NCBI GenBank assembly: GCA_963728565.1
Contig: CAVSLC010000023.1
Span: forward strand, 192,001-256,000
Length of the DNA: 64,000 nt
DNA from: an uncultured delta proteobacterium
GTDB lineage: Bacteria > Desulfobacterota > Binatia > UBA9968
Direction: 5' to 3'
Under the pieces are notes generated by a model. The model searched no databases, was not told the origin of the DNA, and was given only the letters and a program-made list of their open reading frames with translations. The position numbers and the translations under genes are program-made. How positions within the stretch are numbered: position 1 is the stretch's first letter; each line of letters starts with the position of its first letter. Shown here piece after piece: positions 50,267 through 61,296 of this stretch.

Positions 50267-50512
50267 ATGACGGAGGCCGAGATCAAAAATATCGTCCGGC
50301 AAGCATTGGGCAACATCGCGCCGGAGGTCGATTTCGATTGCATCGATCCGGCCAAAGATCTGCGCGATCAGAGCGACTTAGATTCGGTCGACTTCTTAAA
50401 TTTTGTGATCGGCCTGCATAATGTTTTAGGGGTGGATATTCCCGACATCGATCTTCCCAAGCTCGCAACCGTGAATGGCTGCATTGCCTATCTTGCTTCT
50501 AAAGTCGGGTAA
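50267..50512 (+). CDS. Acyl carrier protein (phosphopantetheine-binding)
   Basis: 81 aa, acidic; LRDQSDLDSVDFLNF…LGVDIP…TV…YL. Confidence 0.85.
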   Translation: MTEAEIKNIVRQALGNIAPEVDFDCIDPAKDLRDQSDLDSVDFLNFVIGLHNVLGVDIPDIDLPKLATVNGCIAYLASKVG

Positions 50513-50559
50513 ATCGGTAAATCTTGAAAGATTTTTGGCATGCAGGCGAACTGTACGCA

Positions 50560-50780
50560 GGAGGCGGCGCAGGTCTTGCCGGCGTACTCACGAACTTCGA
50601 CACGGTTGTGGCCAATATCACGGTAAGCAGCCGGGCTTATTTGGCAACGATTACCCACTCGATCCCGGGTACCAGCGTTCAATGCTTGGTGGAGAAAGGA
50701 AAGGCGGAGGAAGTTTTAATCGAGCACGCGTCCGCCGACACAGATGCGCTGATCGTCATGGCCACAGACGGCAGCTCGGA
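50560..50780 (+). pseudogene. USP fragment
   Basis: YLATITHSIPGTSVQCLVEKGKAEEVLIEHASADTDALIVMATDG matches an internal segment of USP 51545. Confidence 0.7.
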
Positions 50781-50832
50781 TCCAACGCTGGCTCTTGAGA
50801 TAAGCGAACCGGCAGGCGTGGGCAGATGCTGG

Positions 50833-50933
50833 CTCGCAGAACTGCGAGAACGCACGGAGCATTTTTTCAATTCTGCGAAGTGGCGCCTAAAAGTTAATTG
50901 ATTAGGGGGCTATCTTGGTGGCACAGGCGTTGC
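50833..50933 (+). promoter_or_regulatory. Tandem enhancer sites plus sigma54 promoter for hsp20-USP operon
   Basis: CTCGCA-GAAC-TGCGAG (50833) and TTTTCA-ATTC-TGCGAA (50864), 31 bp apart; TGGCACAGGCGTTGC (50919-50933). Confidence 0.88.
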
Positions 50934-50977
50934 GGTAGCAAGTATCGATAGCAGCCAAAACAAAAAAGAAGGAGGGT

Positions 50978-51481
50978 ATGACGATGGCAGAGAAAAATAA
51001 AGAAAAAGAAACGAAGGCGGTAACTCCATGGCGACCGTTCATGGGTCTTACCACTTGGGAGCGGGACATGGACCGGATGATGGAGGACTTTTTCGGTAGA
51101 CGCGCGCGACCGTGGTGGCCGGAGCGATGGTCTAGAACCGAGGAAATGGAAGTGAAACCTCCGATTGTCGATGTTTTCGAAGAGAAGGATGACATCGTCG
51201 TAAAAGCCGAGCTTCCCGGCATCGAAAAAGACAATATCGAGGTGAATCTGATGGATCACACGCTGACCATCAAAGGCGAAAAGAAAAAAGAAGAAGAAGT
51301 TAAAGAGGAAAACTATTATCGCGCCGAGCGTTCGTACGGAAGCTTTTTACGGACTTTGGAGCTGCCGAGAGACGTTCGCGCAGACCAAATCAAAGCCTCT
51401 TTCAAAAACGGCATCTTGGAAGTGAGGATGCCCAAGACGGAAGAAGCCAAGGCCAAAGAAATCAAGGTGAAAGTCGAGTAA
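50978..51481 (+). CDS. Hsp20/alpha-crystallin protein
   Basis: VDVFE…AELPGI…ERSYGSFLRTLELP…NGILEVRMPK…IKV. Confidence 0.95.
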   Translation: MTMAEKNKEKETKAVTPWRPFMGLTTWERDMDRMMEDFFGRRARPWWPERWSRTEEMEVKPPIVDVFEEKDDIVVKAELPGIEKDNIEVNLMDHTLTIKGEKKKEEEVKEENYYRAERSYGSFLRTLELPRDVRADQIKASFKNGILEVRMPKTEEAKAKEIKVKVE

Positions 51482-51544
51482 AGAACGCCGCTGGGAGCAT
51501 AGCGTAGGGATGCGGATTTTCTCGTAGAGGCGGCGGAGGAAAAC

Positions 51545-52582
51545 ATGTACAGCAAAATACTAGTCCCTTTGGACGGATCGAAGACGGCAGAGAGAGTCCT
51601 TCCCTACGCTCGCTACCTGGGGGGCAAATTCAAGGTCCCCGTTGAGTTGTTGGCTGTTGTCGATGTCGTCGAGATCGCCTCGCACATGACAAGTGAAAAG
51701 GTGCATGCTCTCGATACCATCATCGATGATGCCGTCCAACACAGCACCATCTACCTGAGGGGCGTTGCCACAACGATTGCCGGGAGTGATGTGAGATGCT
51801 CGGTGGAAAAGGGCAGAGCCGAAGACACGATCATCGAAAAAGCGGCCACCGATAAAACCATGCTGATTGCCATGGCGACTCACGGACGGTCGGGTTTGAA
51901 TCGCTTTTTGCTGGGCAGCATTGCCGAAAAGGTCCTGCGCGGCACGGCGAATCCATTATTGTTGATCCGCGCCGCGGGGGAGGCCAAATCAGAGGGCGAA
52001 GCAATGCTCAAGTCGATCATTGTGCCGCTGGACGGGTCCGAGCTTGCCGAGGCCGTGCTGCCAATCGTGGCCGACATGGCGAAAAAGCTCGATCTTGAGA
52101 TCGAATTGTTCCGCACCTATCACGTTCCATACAACGTCTACTCCGGCGACGAGGGTTTTTACGCCGTCAACTACGAGGAACTGCTTGCCGGGGTGCGCGA
52201 TGAAGCGGTCGAATATCTCGACAAGAAGGCAGGCGATCTGAAAAGACTTGGCGTCGCGAAGTTCCAATGTGTAACCAGGGAGGGTTTGGCTGCCGATGAG
52301 ATTATCTCGCTAGGGCGGAAAACGCCGGATAATTTGATTGCGATGTCCTCGCACGGGCGGTCTGGTGTAAGACGCTGGATGCTAGGCAGCGTGACCGAGA
52401 TGGTGGTGCGCCACTCGGGCAATCCTGTGCTCGTGATTCGCTCGTGTGAGCGGTCATCTAAAGCTACAGAACCATGTACTCGAAAGTTCTCGTTCCATTG
52501 GACAGATCGAAAACCGCAGAAAACGTACTGCCGCTGGCTCGTTGCTTCGCCCGCAGTCTGCAAATTCCCGTGGAGTTGCTAG
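51545..52582 (+). CDS. Universal stress protein (tandem); true end probably near 52450
   Basis: MYSKILVPLDGS…HGRSG…GSIAEKVL; reads past the expected PVLVIR end into the next gene, probably because of a small indel. Confidence 0.9.
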   Translation: MYSKILVPLDGSKTAERVLPYARYLGGKFKVPVELLAVVDVVEIASHMTSEKVHALDTIIDDAVQHSTIYLRGVATTIAGSDVRCSVEKGRAEDTIIEKAATDKTMLIAMATHGRSGLNRFLLGSIAEKVLRGTANPLLLIRAAGEAKSEGEAMLKSIIVPLDGSELAEAVLPIVADMAKKLDLEIELFRTYHVPYNVYSGDEGFYAVNYEELLAGVRDEAVEYLDKKAGDLKRLGVAKFQCVTREGLAADEIISLGRKTPDNLIAMSSHGRSGVRRWMLGSVTEMVVRHSGNPVLVIRSCERSSKATEPCTRKFSFHWTDRKPQKTYCRWLVASPAVCKFPWSC

Positions 52583-53400
52583 GCGTTATCGATATAGTTG
52601 ACATGGCCTATCATCTCGCCACGGACCAAGTGTCAATCATTCACACCATGATTGACGATGCGAGCCGAAGATTCGCCGAGTATTTGGAAGGAATTGCCCA
52701 AAATTTTCCTGGCGGCACAGTGCGTTGCACGATCCAGACGGGAAGTGCCGCCGAGGCTATTATTAATTCTGCTGCCACGGATAAACAAACGTTGATCGCG
52801 CTGGCAACCCATGGTCGCTCCGGTCTGGACCGCTGGTTGCTCGGCAGCGTCGCGGAAAAGGTTTTACGAGGCGGCTCAAATCCGACTCTGGTGGTCCGAG
52901 CTCGAGACGACAAGAATCCCAGCTGGGCAATGGCCACATTGAAGCGCGTCATTGTTCCACTCGATGGGTCCGAGTTATCGGAGAGTATCTTGCCCTATAT
53001 CAGAGAATTGGCAAAACAGCTCGATTTGGAAGTGACGCTGATCCATCTTTACCGTGCTTTGTCGGCCGTGGGCGATGGCTTTTATACTCCCCATCAGTTA
53101 GATGCGTCGACTGCCAGGCAACGGGAAGAAGCGGTGACATATCTCGAAAGTAGGACAGAGGAGATGAAACGGCAGGGGCTTAAAAAGATCTCCTTCGTAG
53201 CTAAGGAGGGTTTGGAAGCAGACGAAATACTAGCGATAGCGCGGCAGAGCCCGGATACGATAATCGCTATGTGCACGCATGGCCGTTCCGGCGTGCAGCG
53301 CTGGGCGCTAGGCAGCATCACCGAGAGAGTTGTGCGCCATTCCGATAACCCGGTTTTGGTGGTGCGCGCGGGTGTTGATCAATGGTCCGCGGGAAAGTGA
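52474..53400 (+). CDS. Universal stress protein (tandem)
   Basis: Two USP domains with HGRSG…GS motifs. Confidence 0.93.
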   Translation: MYSKVLVPLDRSKTAENVLPLARCFARSLQIPVELLGVIDIVDMAYHLATDQVSIIHTMIDDASRRFAEYLEGIAQNFPGGTVRCTIQTGSAAEAIINSAATDKQTLIALATHGRSGLDRWLLGSVAEKVLRGGSNPTLVVRARDDKNPSWAMATLKRVIVPLDGSELSESILPYIRELAKQLDLEVTLIHLYRALSAVGDGFYTPHQLDASTARQREEAVTYLESRTEEMKRQGLKKISFVAKEGLEADEILAIARQSPDTIIAMCTHGRSGVQRWALGSITERVVRHSDNPVLVVRAGVDQWSAGK

Positions 53401-53406
53401 CGAGCG

Positions 53407-54270
53407 ATGTACAGCAAAATTCTCGTGCCTTTGGATGGGTCGAATGTTTCGGAGCAAATTGTGCCTTATGCCCGTTTCTTTGCTGATGCGTATGGCATCC
53501 CCGTGGAGTTGTTGCGCATCACCGATCCGGACGCGCGCCCGCCCTTTTGGCCTCCAGAAACAAGTGGTCAGTATTTAAGGAAAATTGCCGCTGAATATTT
53601 CTCCGGCACTACTTGCACCGCCGCTGAAGTCGGTGCGCCGGCGACGGTGATTGTCGATCACGCCAAAAGCGATCCTTCCTGCTTGATCGCCATGGCGACA
53701 CACGGCATCTCCGGAGCGCGACGTTGGCTCCTCGGTAGCGTGACGAGCAAAGTCGTTCAGGCGGCGACCAATCCTCTGCTGCTCATTCGCCCGACCCATA
53801 CTCCCGATGCCTTGAGGCCGGTCAAGATGAATCAGATCTTTGTCCCGCTCGATGGATCCGGTTTGGCGGAAAAAACCCTGCCCCATGCATGTGCACTCAC
53901 CAAGCGACTGAACCTTGAGATGCAATTGCTGCGTGTTTACTCGTTACCCATGGACGCCTATGTCGTTGCCGACGGCGTGATCGCTCAGGGTCCGGCGCAG
54001 TTCCGCGAGGAATTGGCCAGACATGCGCAGGATTACCTCGACGGCAAAGTGGCCGGCCTGAGAGCCGAGGGGTTCAAGCGAGTCGTTGCGATTGCGCTTG
54101 AAGGGGACGCCGCGAGCGAAATCATCGATTTGGGTCGCAAAGCACCAAATAGTTTAATAGCAATGTCGACGCACGGGCGGTCCGGGATTGGCCGGTGGGT
54201 TCTGGGGAGTGTCGCGGAGAAGATCATTCAGCATGCGCACAATCCGGTACTGCTCATTCGCGCAAATTGA
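53407..54270 (+). CDS. Universal stress protein (tandem)
   Basis: MYSKILVPLDGS…VPLDGSGLAE…HGRSGIGRWVLGSVAE. Confidence 0.93.
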   Translation: MYSKILVPLDGSNVSEQIVPYARFFADAYGIPVELLRITDPDARPPFWPPETSGQYLRKIAAEYFSGTTCTAAEVGAPATVIVDHAKSDPSCLIAMATHGISGARRWLLGSVTSKVVQAATNPLLLIRPTHTPDALRPVKMNQIFVPLDGSGLAEKTLPHACALTKRLNLEMQLLRVYSLPMDAYVVADGVIAQGPAQFREELARHAQDYLDGKVAGLRAEGFKRVVAIALEGDAASEIIDLGRKAPNSLIAMSTHGRSGIGRWVLGSVAEKIIQHAHNPVLLIRAN

Positions 54271-54305
54271 AAGCCGGTGAGCGACCTGCGCTGCAAGACA
54301 ATCCG

Positions 54306-54791
54306 ATGCAATTCTCAACGGTTAAAATAGAAAAACCCGACAACATCAATTTCATTGTCGGTCAGAGCCATTTCATCAAGACAGTTGAAGACATTCACGA
54401 GGCTCTGGTGCAAACCGTGCCTGGAATCAAGTTCGGCTTAGCATTCTGTGAAGCATCCGGTGCGATGCAGGTTCGTTGGAGCGGCACAGACGAGCCCATG
54501 CTCGAACTCGCTAAACGCAACGCTTTGGCGCTTTCCGCCGGACACAGCTTCATCCTATTTCTGGGCCCAGGTTTTTTTCCGCTAAACGTGCTCAACGCCA
54601 TCAAGAATGTCCCAGAAGTTTGTGGGATTTTCTGTGCCACGGCCAATTCTGTCGAAGTCGTCATTGCGGAGACGGAGCATGGGCGCGGCATTATGGGTGT
54701 CATCGACGGCGGCAAAAGCCAGGGGGTTGAAAATGAAGAGGGTATTGCCTGGCGCAAACAGCTGCTGCGCACAATCGGTTATAAGTTGTGA
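54306..54791 (+). CDS. Adenosine-specific kinase family (DUF355)
   Basis: NFIVGQSHFIKTVED…FGLAFCEASG…AGHSF…FCATAN…GRGIMGVIDG…LRTIGYK. Confidence 0.9.
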   Translation: MQFSTVKIEKPDNINFIVGQSHFIKTVEDIHEALVQTVPGIKFGLAFCEASGAMQVRWSGTDEPMLELAKRNALALSAGHSFILFLGPGFFPLNVLNAIKNVPEVCGIFCATANSVEVVIAETEHGRGIMGVIDGGKSQGVENEEGIAWRKQLLRTIGYKL

Positions 54792-54865
54792 TTGATAAGT
54801 TTCTCGCTTAGGGGACTTGGAAGATACATCTGATCGACTGTTATCCGCCGCGACAAGGAGCTCCT

Positions 54866-55294
54866 ATGGCAATCTTTAAAACGATACTGGCACCAACGGA
54901 CTTTTCCGACCTCTCAGCCAACGGGGTCGGTTACGCGTGCCAGTTGGCCAGGGAGACGGGAGCGGAGCTCATCGCCTTCAATGTGGTGGTATTGGACGAG
55001 AGCAACCGCATCGACAAGCGCGAAATCGAACAACACAAACAGCGGCTCGCCGATTTTGTCGCCGAGAAAGTCCCGAATGCGGGAGCTGGGTTGAAGATGC
55101 GCCAGCTCGTCGATGCCGGCCAACCCTTCGGCGCCATCGTCGACTGCGCCGAGAAGGAAGGCGTCGATCTGATCGTCATGTCCTCGCACGGACGCGGCGG
55201 CTTAGCGCGCATGCTGATCGGCAGCGTCACGGACAAGATTCTACGCGGATCGCCCTGTCCGGTCCTGGTCGTGCCGTTACAAAAAGAAAATTAG
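54866..55294 (+). CDS. Universal stress protein (single domain)
   Basis: ILAPTDFS…DLIVMSSHGRGG…GSVTDKILRGSPCPVLVV. Confidence 0.93.
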   Translation: MAIFKTILAPTDFSDLSANGVGYACQLARETGAELIAFNVVVLDESNRIDKREIEQHKQRLADFVAEKVPNAGAGLKMRQLVDAGQPFGAIVDCAEKEGVDLIVMSSHGRGGLARMLIGSVTDKILRGSPCPVLVVPLQKEN

Positions 55295-55471
55295 CAACCT
55301 CGACGCGGCACTCTGCTGTTCCATTAGAATAGTCAATGGGGATTCGAACCTGCGCTGGAGCGTTGCGCTAGCATTGCTCCAGTTCCACATTGGTATGCCA
55401 GCAATGCCGCGTGAAGTTCGACAGCGCGCGAATAGAATCGATGCCGAACGTCTTCTTACTTTTAATGCCCT

Positions 55472-56075
55472 TCACCAATATCGTACGCGCCCGATATCTA
55501 GGTGGACGAAGTCAGACTTGGGATAATACCCGACGCCGCCGCTCTTGAGAGCTATCGCTGCCTTTTGCAAGATGCGCGTTTCTCGGCCGGGTAATCGGAT
55601 ATCGATCGCTTGACCGACCAGATGCAAGCTGTTTTCTCGCCACTGCCGTGCTGTGCGCGCGCAGGAACTCGTTCGTACGTGCGGAGCGATATCCGGAGAT
55701 GACGTGAAAGGGCTGATTCGCTTCGATTTCTTGGCGAACGGCGAACAGGAAATCCAGTAGCCGGATATCGATCTCGTGTACTTCATTGCTGCGCGGGTCA
55801 CGCAGGACGTAATTGATCTCGCGCAGAGATCCTTCCACATAACCGCCTTGCGCCCAGTAAATGGCCTTGAGTCTCTCGCCCGTATGCGTGTTGTAAAACG
55901 CCAAAGCTCTTTCTTCGACAGACAAGTGTTTACTCGAGCCGAGGACCGCGGACGGTAATAATCCCGTGATCGCGGCCATGCTACCGAGCTTGACGAACGT
56001 TCGCCGCGTCATTCGCATCGGCTGAGTGTCGGAGGTCTGATAGCCGCGTGTCAGCGAATGGTGAAATTTTGTCAT
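55472..56075 (-). CDS. YcbK/MepK (DUF882, peptidase M15) Tat-exported protein; one frameshift near 55635
   Basis: TRRTFVK Tat signal; NTHTGE, LRD, ISGYRS, SLH…AIDI, GGVGYYP.S.FVHLD.G.VR.W. Confidence 0.85.
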
Positions 56076-57022
56076 TGCGAATCCGTAGCTCCAACTCCGC
56101 GTGTAATCGGTCTAGCGATGCCGTCTTCTTTGCGGATTATACTTTGTGCCAGGTGACGGTCAACGACAGATTCAAGATTGAAGGTTTGCAGCAATGCTTC
56201 GAAAAGTCGCGGGGCATCTGCCTCTTTTTTGTAAACATCTCGATGAGCCTCTAAGTAAACTTGCTGCCCGATTTTGGCGATCAGGAGTCGCTCATAGATG
56301 AGTAGAGCGGGAGTGCCGCGCGAGACCTCGCCAAATAGCTGGGCGATATCGTCCGCGTGGGCGCGTATGCAGCCATGGGTTTGAAATCGATAGATACTTG
56401 TCGGCGCAATCGTGCCATGAATGCCATAGCCCGGGATGCTAAGCCCCAACCAGTGACTTCCCAAAGGATTGTCCGGACCCGGCGGAACACAAGTCTTTAC
56501 CGTCTTGCCCTCGCGTTGCATCTCATCTTGAATCGACTTAGGCACATCCCATGTCGGATTTTCCTCTCTGGCAACGATGGTGAATTGGCCGGTGGGCGTC
56601 GGCCAGTCCCGTCTCCCCAGCCCCACCGGAAAGAAGCGAAGCAATCGGCCCTCCTTGAAATGAAAGAGCAGACGTTGGGGAATATTGATGAGGATACCCT
56701 CTTCGATCCGTTTGGGTATGATGTGGCGATTGTTGATGCGCAGCACTTGTCCGAGTTTTAAAGGAGAGCTCGCAGAAAGATCATTATCCGCAGCGATTAC
56801 CGCCGCGTCTACAGCGAATCTTGCGCCAATGCCGATCAGCGAATCTCCCCGCTTGGCTGCATAGGAAAACTCGCCGCCGACGAGTTGCTGCGATAACGCC
56901 CGGGGCTGTTGGCCGGCAGCCGGGCGATACCCGAGAAGCAACGACAACAGCACCAGCAAAAAACCGACGGCGGTGTGACGGTGAATGCGCATTTCAATGT
57001 TTCCGTGTTCTGAAGTGGCCAT
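56072..57022 (-). CDS. LysM-domain L,D-transpeptidase
   Basis: Signal peptide, LysM (GDSLIGIGARF), INIPQR, NPTW, PPGPDNPLG, YGIHGT…THGCIR. Confidence 0.93.
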   Translation of the reverse strand: MATSEHGNIEMRIHRHTAVGFLLVLLSLLLGYRPAAGQQPRALSQQLVGGEFSYAAKRGDSLIGIGARFAVDAAVIAADNDLSASSPLKLGQVLRINNRHIIPKRIEEGILINIPQRLLFHFKEGRLLRFFPVGLGRRDWPTPTGQFTIVAREENPTWDVPKSIQDEMQREGKTVKTCVPPGPDNPLGSHWLGLSIPGYGIHGTIAPTSIYRFQTHGCIRAHADDIAQLFGEVSRGTPALLIYERLLIAKIGQQVYLEAHRDVYKKEADAPRLFEALLQTFNLESVVDRHLAQSIIRKEDGIARPITRGVGATDSQ

Positions 57023-57044
57023 GCAGCCTCGGCTGATGGTTCGA

Positions 57045-57761
57045 TCAATTTTTGGGATCCGGATTTCGGCGCACCAGCTCTTTCATGAAATCCATCTGGA
57101 TTTGCTGGATCTCCAGGAGCTTCTGCCACTGGTGCTTGAGCAGGACGTCAAGCTTTTCGTGCAGATGGCGGATCTCAAGCTCGGCCTTGAGATTAACTTG
57201 GTAGTCGTTTTCCGAGCGAAGACGATCTCGGACTTCCATGCGATTTTGGCTCATCATGATCACCGGCGCTTGTATCGCCGCCAAGCACGACAAGATCAGG
57301 TTCAGCAGGATAAAGGATACGAATCAAAGGGGCGGGAAAGCAGCGCGAAGCTGTTGATGCCGATCCATACCGCCAGCACCAGCGAAAAAAAGCCGATGAA
57401 TGTCCAGCTGCCGCCGAAGGAGGCGACGCGATCGGCGACACGCTGACCGAAGGTAACGCTTTTTTCGAATGCCCGGTTTAGATTCTCGGCCAGAGTTTCC
57501 TGCTCCTTCATGACTCTCCACAACTTCCTTTTCGAGCTGCGTCAGCTCGCCGACTTCTTCTTTCAGAGCGTCTTCGACGTACTCCGAACGAAAAACATCA
57601 AGGCAGTCCAGGCAGATCATATCCATGCTGGTGCCCAGGCGGGAGTCGCGTTTCTTGATCGTCTCAATGATAGCCGGCCTAAGCATCTCGCCAGGAATCA
57701 TGGATTCATAAGGGTGATTTTTCTGACAGTGAAAACAGCGTTGTGCGACGGGTTCCGGCAT
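57045..57761 (-). CDS. DUF1003 membrane protein, frameshifted
   Basis: Fragments: ICLDC…EVGEL; TFGQRVADRVASFGGSWTFI…FD.YP; LAAIQAPVIMMSQNR…DYQVNLKAELEI. Confidence 0.8.
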
Positions 57762-57778
57762 AGTTCCTCCTTTAGCGT

Positions 57779-60700
57779 TTAGCCGAGAAATTCTAACCTA
57801 TATCCCTTTCGCCGGTAGTATTTCTTGGCTTCTTCAAAGACCAATACCAGCACCGTGCCGTGGAACGCGAACAAGTAAACATGCCAGGGGAGGGGGGCGA
57901 AGTAGTAGATCTCGGAAAGCGGCGTGTAGAAAAAAACATAGCAAAGCGCCAGCTCCAACAAGATGCCGAGATCGATGAGCGGGTTGGAGATGAAATTGAA
58001 GATGATGTAGTGCCGCTCGAAAAAAGCCGCAACCCATCGGGTGAACGGCGCGATGACGGGACGCTCGAGGCGCACGAGAGATTGAGATAGCAGCATCCAG
58101 ATGAATCTGAAGGGCAGAAGCACTAGCCCGACCGATCAGGGCGAAGAGAGCGCGGACGGCGGTGAATTCAGCGGCGCGTTGAACGTGATACTCGATGTGC
58201 ACTCGCGCGGTGTACCGAGGCGGCCGCCAGTTGGCTATGGCTGCGAGGGCCTCACTGCGACGAAGCGGGTGGAGGAAATTCCAAGAGAAGAGTGAGCTTT
58301 GCCATGACCGTTTGCATAAGACATTGGCAATCTGCGCGGTTACGGTGGGGAAAAAATATGCGGTCAATGTTTGCAGATAAGCCGACGACGCTTCCCCGAA
58401 GTTGAGGCCGGCAGGTGACGGCGGCATCGAGGCAACACTCTGGCCCGGTTTCCAGGCGCCAAGCACCCAACCCATATAAAAGTAAGTAGCGTAGCAGCTA
58501 AGCGCGAGCAGAGTTCCCTGGACAAAATAAGAGCGGAGTATGAACTTGAGCGAAAGCAGCTTTTCGTCGCGGCGCCGTGGCGTTCGCTCCATGATGCCGT
58601 TTTCCGGAGGCTCGATGCCCAAGCCCATCGCCGGAATGAGGTCCGTGCCTACATCGACCGCCAAAACGCCCATGATTGTCATTGCCAGCGGAGTGCCGGG
58701 AAAGAGTACCCAAAAAATGTACGGGTACATTTCCTGCGGGTTACTGTTGAGCACGTAGGCGGCGAATCGTTTGATGTTGTCGAATATCGCGCGGCCCTCT
58801 TCGATGGCAGCGACAATGGAGCTGAAGTTATCATCGGTCAGAATCATGCGCGCGGCCTCTTTGGCGACATCGTTACCGCGCACTCCCATAGCAATGCCGA
58901 TATCGGCCTTCTTCAAGGCCGGGGCGTCATTAACGCCATCACCGGTGACGGCGACGATCTCCCCCATCTGTTTCAGCAAGGAAACGATGCGTAGTTTATG
59001 TTCTGGCGCGACCCGGGCGAAGATGGTTTCCTGTTGGGACAGAATTTCGCGCAACGCGTCATCGTCCAACTCGGAAACTTCGGCGCCTGTGAAACATTTC
59101 AGGGATCCGTTCTGTCCAAGACCGATTTGCCGGCCGATGCTGGCGGCGGTGAGCGGGTAATCGCCAGTGACCATGAGGACGCGGATCCCGGCGGTATGGC
59201 AGTCGCGGATTGCCCCGGGAACCTCGGCCCGCGCCGGATCCGATAGTGCTACCAAGCCAAGGAAGACTAAGTGCGTCTCGATGCATGCTGTCGTGTAAGC
59301 AGCGCCGTTTAATTCCGCTCCTTCTCGGTATGCAAATGCGAGCACCCGCAGGCCGCGCTGTGCCATTGCGTCATTTTCCTCGACAATCCGCCGGCGCTCT
59401 GCGTCCGTTAGCGGGCGGATCTCGCCATTCCAACAGAGCCGGTCGCACTGTTGGAGCGTTTCCAGTGGAGCGCCTTTGACATAAATCGTTGGCTCGCTCT
59501 GCTGATGGGCCTTAATCACGACGCTCATCCGTTTGCGGATCGATTCGAAAGGATTTAAATGCAGGCGTTGATGAACGCCGCGAAGCCCGGCTTTTTCGGC
59601 CAGGCACACTAAAGCTCCCTCCGTGGGGTCGCCGATCACACGGTAATCCGCGCCTTGTTTGCTCAGCCGTGCGTTGTTGCACGTAAAAGCGCAATCCAGC
59701 AAGCGGCGCAAGGTCGGCCAATGAGAGATTGCATCCAAAGAAAGCCTTTGTCCCGAGGTTTTAAATTCTCCTTGCGGTCGATAACCGGACGCCGGAGACT
59801 TGGACGATCTTGCCGTCAACGGCAATTTCGCTGGCCATCATGAGATTTTGCGTAAGCGTGCCGGTCTTATCGCAGCAAATCACCGTAGTGCACCCCAGAG
59901 TCTCGACCGAAGGCAAGCTTTTCACCAGCGCATGGCGCTTGGCCATGCGTTGCACGCCCATCGCCAATGATAATGTCACAGTGGGAAGTAAGCCTTCGGG
60001 CACATTGGCGACAAAAAGACCGATGAAGAAAACGAACGCCGCGAGAAAACTCAGGCCCGCGAAGAGCCAGCCCATAATGAGAAAGGTTAAGCCCAAGCCA
60101 CCGGCGAGGGCGGCGATGGAGTAAACTGTGGCGCGGAGTTGTTTCTGTAACGGGCTTTGTTCGGCTCGAATGTCCCGAGTCAGATTGGCGATTTTACCGA
60201 TTTCTGTATTCATCCCGGTGCCGAAGATCACAGCCCGAGCCCGGCCGCGCAGCAAAGATGTGCCGGCGAAGATGACATTGGGTAGCTCGAGCCAAAGAAA
60301 CTTGCCCGGAATGAGAATCGGCTGATCCGACTTGTAGCGACGTGCCGGCGTGGATTCGCCGGTCAGCGAGGAATTGTCTAGCTCAACTTCGAAGGCCTCC
60401 AGCAATCGTGCATCGGCCGGTACGAGATCACCTTCTTCAACCACGATCAGATCGCCGGGAACAAGCTGGCTTGCATCACACTCCTGGAGGTTGCCGTCGC
60501 GCATCACCTGACAACGCTGGGTGATGAGTTGCTGTAAAATCTCCAAGGAACGGTCGGATTTGTATTCTTGCAGAAATGCAAAAAGGCCGTTCACCAGAAT
60601 CACAACCAAAATGGCAATTCCGAGTTGCGGCAGATCGACTCCGGGAATGAAACAGAGCAGGGCCGCGATCCAAAGCAAGATGGCAAAGAAGCTAAACAGG

Positions 60701-61296
60701 TTGCGCAAGAGCTTAAGCTGCCAGGGATCAACGCGCCACCGTTGCAGCAGGTTAGGTCCGTAATGGCGTAAACGCTGTTGCGCCTCGGTTGACGTCAGCC
60801 CATGCGTGAGATTGGTTTGGAGCTCGAAGCCGATCTGCTCCTGAGTGAGATTCAAATAGGTCGGCAAAGCCGATTGCTGCTCGGCACGCGCGATGATTCT
60901 AAGCACCCGGACCGGATCGCGCTGCGCCAAGAGTTCATCACGGATCGCCGGGAGCAGCGAGCAGATGCGCTGTAAAATCTGCAGATGTTGCGGCGGCTGC
61001 TCGGCTGGCGTTGCAAGAAGCAGGACAATGTTGATTCGTTGATTGTTAAAGGAGAGGCCCTCCGGGGAAATCCCGAGGATCAATTCCGGCGCGGCAAGAT
61101 GATCGATGCGCACATGGGGTACGGCAATTCCGTGACCGATACAACTATAGCGCTCATTCTCGTCCGCTTTTTGTGCTCGGAAATGATTGGCGAGGTCAGC
61201 CACAGACGATCGGCCACAAAGCTCGTCAATGGCTTTGACGAGGGTTCCCTTAAGCCCGAAACCGATCTTTGTTGAGTCCAGGCGGTCGGCAATCAT
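57779..61296 (-). CDS. P-type cation ATPase (P2C, Na+/K+-ATPase-like) with N-terminal PTS EIIA domain; two frameshifts
   Basis: IGHGIAVPH (EIIA); LTGES, ANVPEGLLPT, CDKTGTLT, KGAP, MVTGD, TGDGVNDAPALKKAD, SNPQE, DVGTD. Confidence 0.88.

Noticed and set aside
55335-55400. GGTTCGAATCCCC T-loop-like motif on the minus strand suggesting a tRNA
   Set aside because: T-stem does not pair and no acceptor or anticodon arms form; only a CTGGAGC/GCTCCAG hairpin between convergent genes.
55472-61296. Programmed frameshifting or true pseudogenes in YcbK, DUF1003 and the P-type ATPase
   Set aside because: Clustered small indels with intact catalytic motifs and no obvious slippery-site/hairpin signals fit sequencing error better; needs read-level confirmation.
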